DNA from: Octopus sinensis
Lineage: Eukaryota
Reading direction: 5' to 3'
Length of the DNA: 64,000 nt
Assembly: GCF_006345805.1 (NCBI RefSeq)
Contig: NC_043004.1
Coordinates: forward strand, 27,652,001-27,716,000
The position numbers and the translations under genes were made by a program. How positions within the stretch are numbered: position 1 is the stretch's first letter; every line of letters begins with the position of its first letter. Below are positions 61,090 to 64,000 of this stretch, one piece after another. The notes under the pieces were generated by a model. It made no database searches. It was not told where the DNA came from and saw nothing but the letters and a program-made list of their open reading frames with translations.

Positions 61090-63712
61090 CAGTGCTTTTC
61101 AACCTTTTTGCTGGAGCGGAACCCCAAGGAAACATTCCACTGGCTCGAGGAACCCCTGTGCAATAATTTAATTGTCTTATGCAAAAAAACAGCATTTAAT
61201 TAATGAAATGAAAATACTCACGTTCAGATTTATTTACAATGAAAACACAAACTGTAAAAAAAATTGTCATGTACATATGCAATTTTATTCTTGCATCTAC
61301 AGTTATTATTGAAACATGTATTAATAAACTTTAGTTTGAATAGGTTACATTTATTCTCATCAAAAACTCAATGAGAAACTTGAGCCTGGTGTTTCTTGCA
61401 CAACTCTTTAAGATTGGGTCATGCTTTTGATAGACACACATGAAGTTCATATTCCACAGACAGCAATTGTGCTCGTTTCTTGTGCTTGATGGTTGTCAGG
61501 GCTGAAAATCCAAATTCACAAAAGTAGGAGGTTGAAAACTGCACAAGAAGTCACAGCACTTTCTGGGCGATTGCAGGATACTCCTTTCCAACGAGCAACC
61601 AAAATGCATTCAGGTGAAGCTCAGAATGCTTCAACTTTAATGTTCTGTCGTTTAAAACACTGGCAAGTTCTTCTTCTTCTGTTAATGTGAACTGTTCTTC
61701 AAATGGCTCAAATTCCACAAATGGGTTTCTAATCCAGTCATACTGGTCAACAGATATCGATGGAAAATATTTGTCAAGATTTGTTAACAAAGTGTGCAAA
61801 TGGTTCAAAATCAGTAGTGCAGTTTCTTGACAATTCCTTTTAAAAACTCTTGAAAACATTTCCAAATTTCCTGCAGCTATGCATTTCTTCCATATTGTCA
61901 ATTTCTTCTGAAAAGTATTTATTTTGTCAGTAGAAGACAAGATATTTTTGTTCCTGCTCTGCATGCCATTGTTCAAGAGGCTTAGCTCATGAAATATATT
62001 GGCAAGATATGCTAACTTGGAACACCAATGGTCATCACTCAAACATTCTACAAAGTCTTTCAGGTTTTCTTGCAAACAAAAGGTCAATAACTCTTCTCTT
62101 AATTCGTAAAAACGAGACTATACTTTTCCCCTTGACAACCATCGTATTTCTGTGTGCTGGATTAAGGTGGAATGGTCTGCTTCCATACCCACACAAAGTT
62201 TCGCAAACTATCGACATTTAAGTGACCTCATTTTGAAGTAATTATCTATTTTCACTACCATATCCAATACAGATTTTAGTTCAGGTCCAAGAGTTTTAGC
62301 AACTAGTGCTTCTCTATGAATGAAACATTTGGATTCTGTTTTTGTGCGATTGGGACAAAGCCTTTAAGACATCCTGTCATTGCAGGGGCACCATCTGTAC
62401 AAATACCAACACAGTTTTTCCAGTTCTATCCACAATACTCTAAATATGAATTTAAAACATCAAATACATCTTGTCCTTTTCTTGTTTCTGGCAACTCTTT
62501 GCAACACAGGATGTCTTCTACAATAGCTTCATCATTGCTTCTTGTCCTTGTCATTCAACTTGAACTTTTTGGCAAACATAGAAACTTGCCTTTTATTAAA
62601 TGCCAATTCTCTTTTGAAATATTGTTCTTTTTTGCCTGACAACTCTGGATGTTTAGTCGTTAAGTGTCGTTTCAGTTTGGCTGGTGCCATAGCACTATTA
62701 GCCAGCTTCTCCCCAGAAATAGTACACAAAGGTTAAGGGCAGTTTGGGTTTCCAGTCCAAGTAAATCCCAGAGCTATGTAGTTTTCACAATATTGACGAA
62801 CTTTTAGTTGCAGGGTATTTCCATCATTTCTTGGTAATTTCGATGAGGCAGCATTACTTGCAGTGGCTGCAGCTTCAACAGACTGCCTCAGACCCTGTGT
62901 CTCTTCATATGTATCTAACTTACGTTTTTTCAGAAAGCAGTAAGCAGAATGGTATATATATATATATAGATATATATATATATAATATATATAATATATA
63001 AAAGCAAACCAAATAGTGGCAGGACAAAATGATCTTTAAAGTGTAGCAAGTTTAATGATGTAAAATTTAGCTATTTTTATTAATGTTTTTTTAGTAATAG
63101 GTATTTGATTATATTTAAACAATATGCATATAATAATAAAATAGATTTTCGGATTTGAATTTAAAATGTCGTTTATTTGTTCATTGTTCTAATTCAGAAA
63201 TTTGTAAGGAACTAATAGTTATGCATATTTACATATCTTATAATTTAGTATCAGTTTCCCTATTTCTTTTTTTATTCTACATATGTAATTCAACTCTCTT
63301 TCGAATTTTTTAATCTTGACATTTCACCAAATATTAATAGACGTCATACAAGAAAAAGATTTTACAAAAACGCCTTTTAAAAAGCTAAAGATCTTTTAAA
63401 AGGCATATTAACAACAACACCTAAATGGCTTACACAGTTAAAATGTTTCTTCCAAATATAGTCACTCGTATTTTACAAAAGAAAACTAAACCATCATCTA
63501 AGTTGGCATGCAACTCGTAGATGTGCACGTACATGTACACACCAAGGATGAGGGTCATCTACGCTGGTGTGCAAATCGTAGATGTACACATAGGCCTAAC
63601 ATGTACATAGATATCTGCACAGGAGAATTAAAAATTACTGTCGTTTAGCATTTATGTAACTTCTTGTGGAACCCCTGGACTGTACTGGCAGAACCCTGGT
63701 TGAAAACCACTG
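61090..63712 (-). mobile_element. Buster-type hAT DNA transposon with TIRs and 8-bp TSD
   Basis: TIR CAGTGCTTTTCAACC / GGTTGAAAACCACTG (1 mismatch in 15); TSD ATCTAGAC at 61082-61089 and 63713-63720 with central TA. Confidence 0.95.
61368..62935 (-). pseudogene. hAT (Buster/ZBED-like) transposase pseudogene with internal deletion
   Basis: BED finger (EKLANSAMAPAKLKRHLTTKH), CFIHREAL, IRWLSRG, WCSKLAYLANIF, PFSTSYLCEFGFS, QAQVSH*; stops and frameshifts. Confidence 0.92.
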
Positions 63713-64000
63713 ATCTAGACAGAGCAACATTTATTGGTTTAATGTTGCTTTCAAGTTCTACATTCAAATTTGTAACAGATTTAGAAGGCATGGTCTAAAA
63801 CTGGCAATTAAGAAACAAAGATAAAAGATTATTGAAATATACTCCAGGAAAATCTGAATTGATTTAGCAATTTAATTTATGGTTCAAATTTAGACACCAA
63901 AGTAATGTGAGGTTTCTACAGACACAGTGGTGTTAGGAAGTGTAATTAAAAAGACATTAAAATAAATAGCTGATTTATCCTCAGTTAAGGAGACAAACAA

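Overview
Eukaryotic (animal), AT-rich, repeat-dominated genomic DNA with one 100-N scaffold gap (17055-17154). The SINE and RTE families look like those I recall from octopus/cephalopod genomes; this is an inference and no database search was run. Most of the window is (TA)n/(CA)n/(AAT)n microsatellite plus decayed transposons: RTE LINEs (two near full length in opposite orientation), CR1/L2-group LINE fragments, three tRNA-derived SINE families, two mariner and two Tc1 relics, a Buster-type hAT with intact TIRs and 8-bp TSD, Helitron-like non-autonomous elements, a Penelope-type GIY-YIG fragment and AT-rich fold-back repeats. Only one convincing host exon is visible (39034-39518, + strand): a Ser/Thr/Pro-rich mucin-like segment preceded by an RVRR furin-type site, so much of the window is probably intronic. 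No rRNA, tRNA gene or CRISPR array is supported. The most interesting signals are: (i) a 61-bp, A/B-alternating two-hairpin array in the RTE 3' UTR; (ii) several degenerate minimal hammerhead-like cores that share a U3-A8 swap, sitting in Penelope-type repeats; (iii) a covarying 3' stem-loop shared by the main SINE and the CR1-type LINE.
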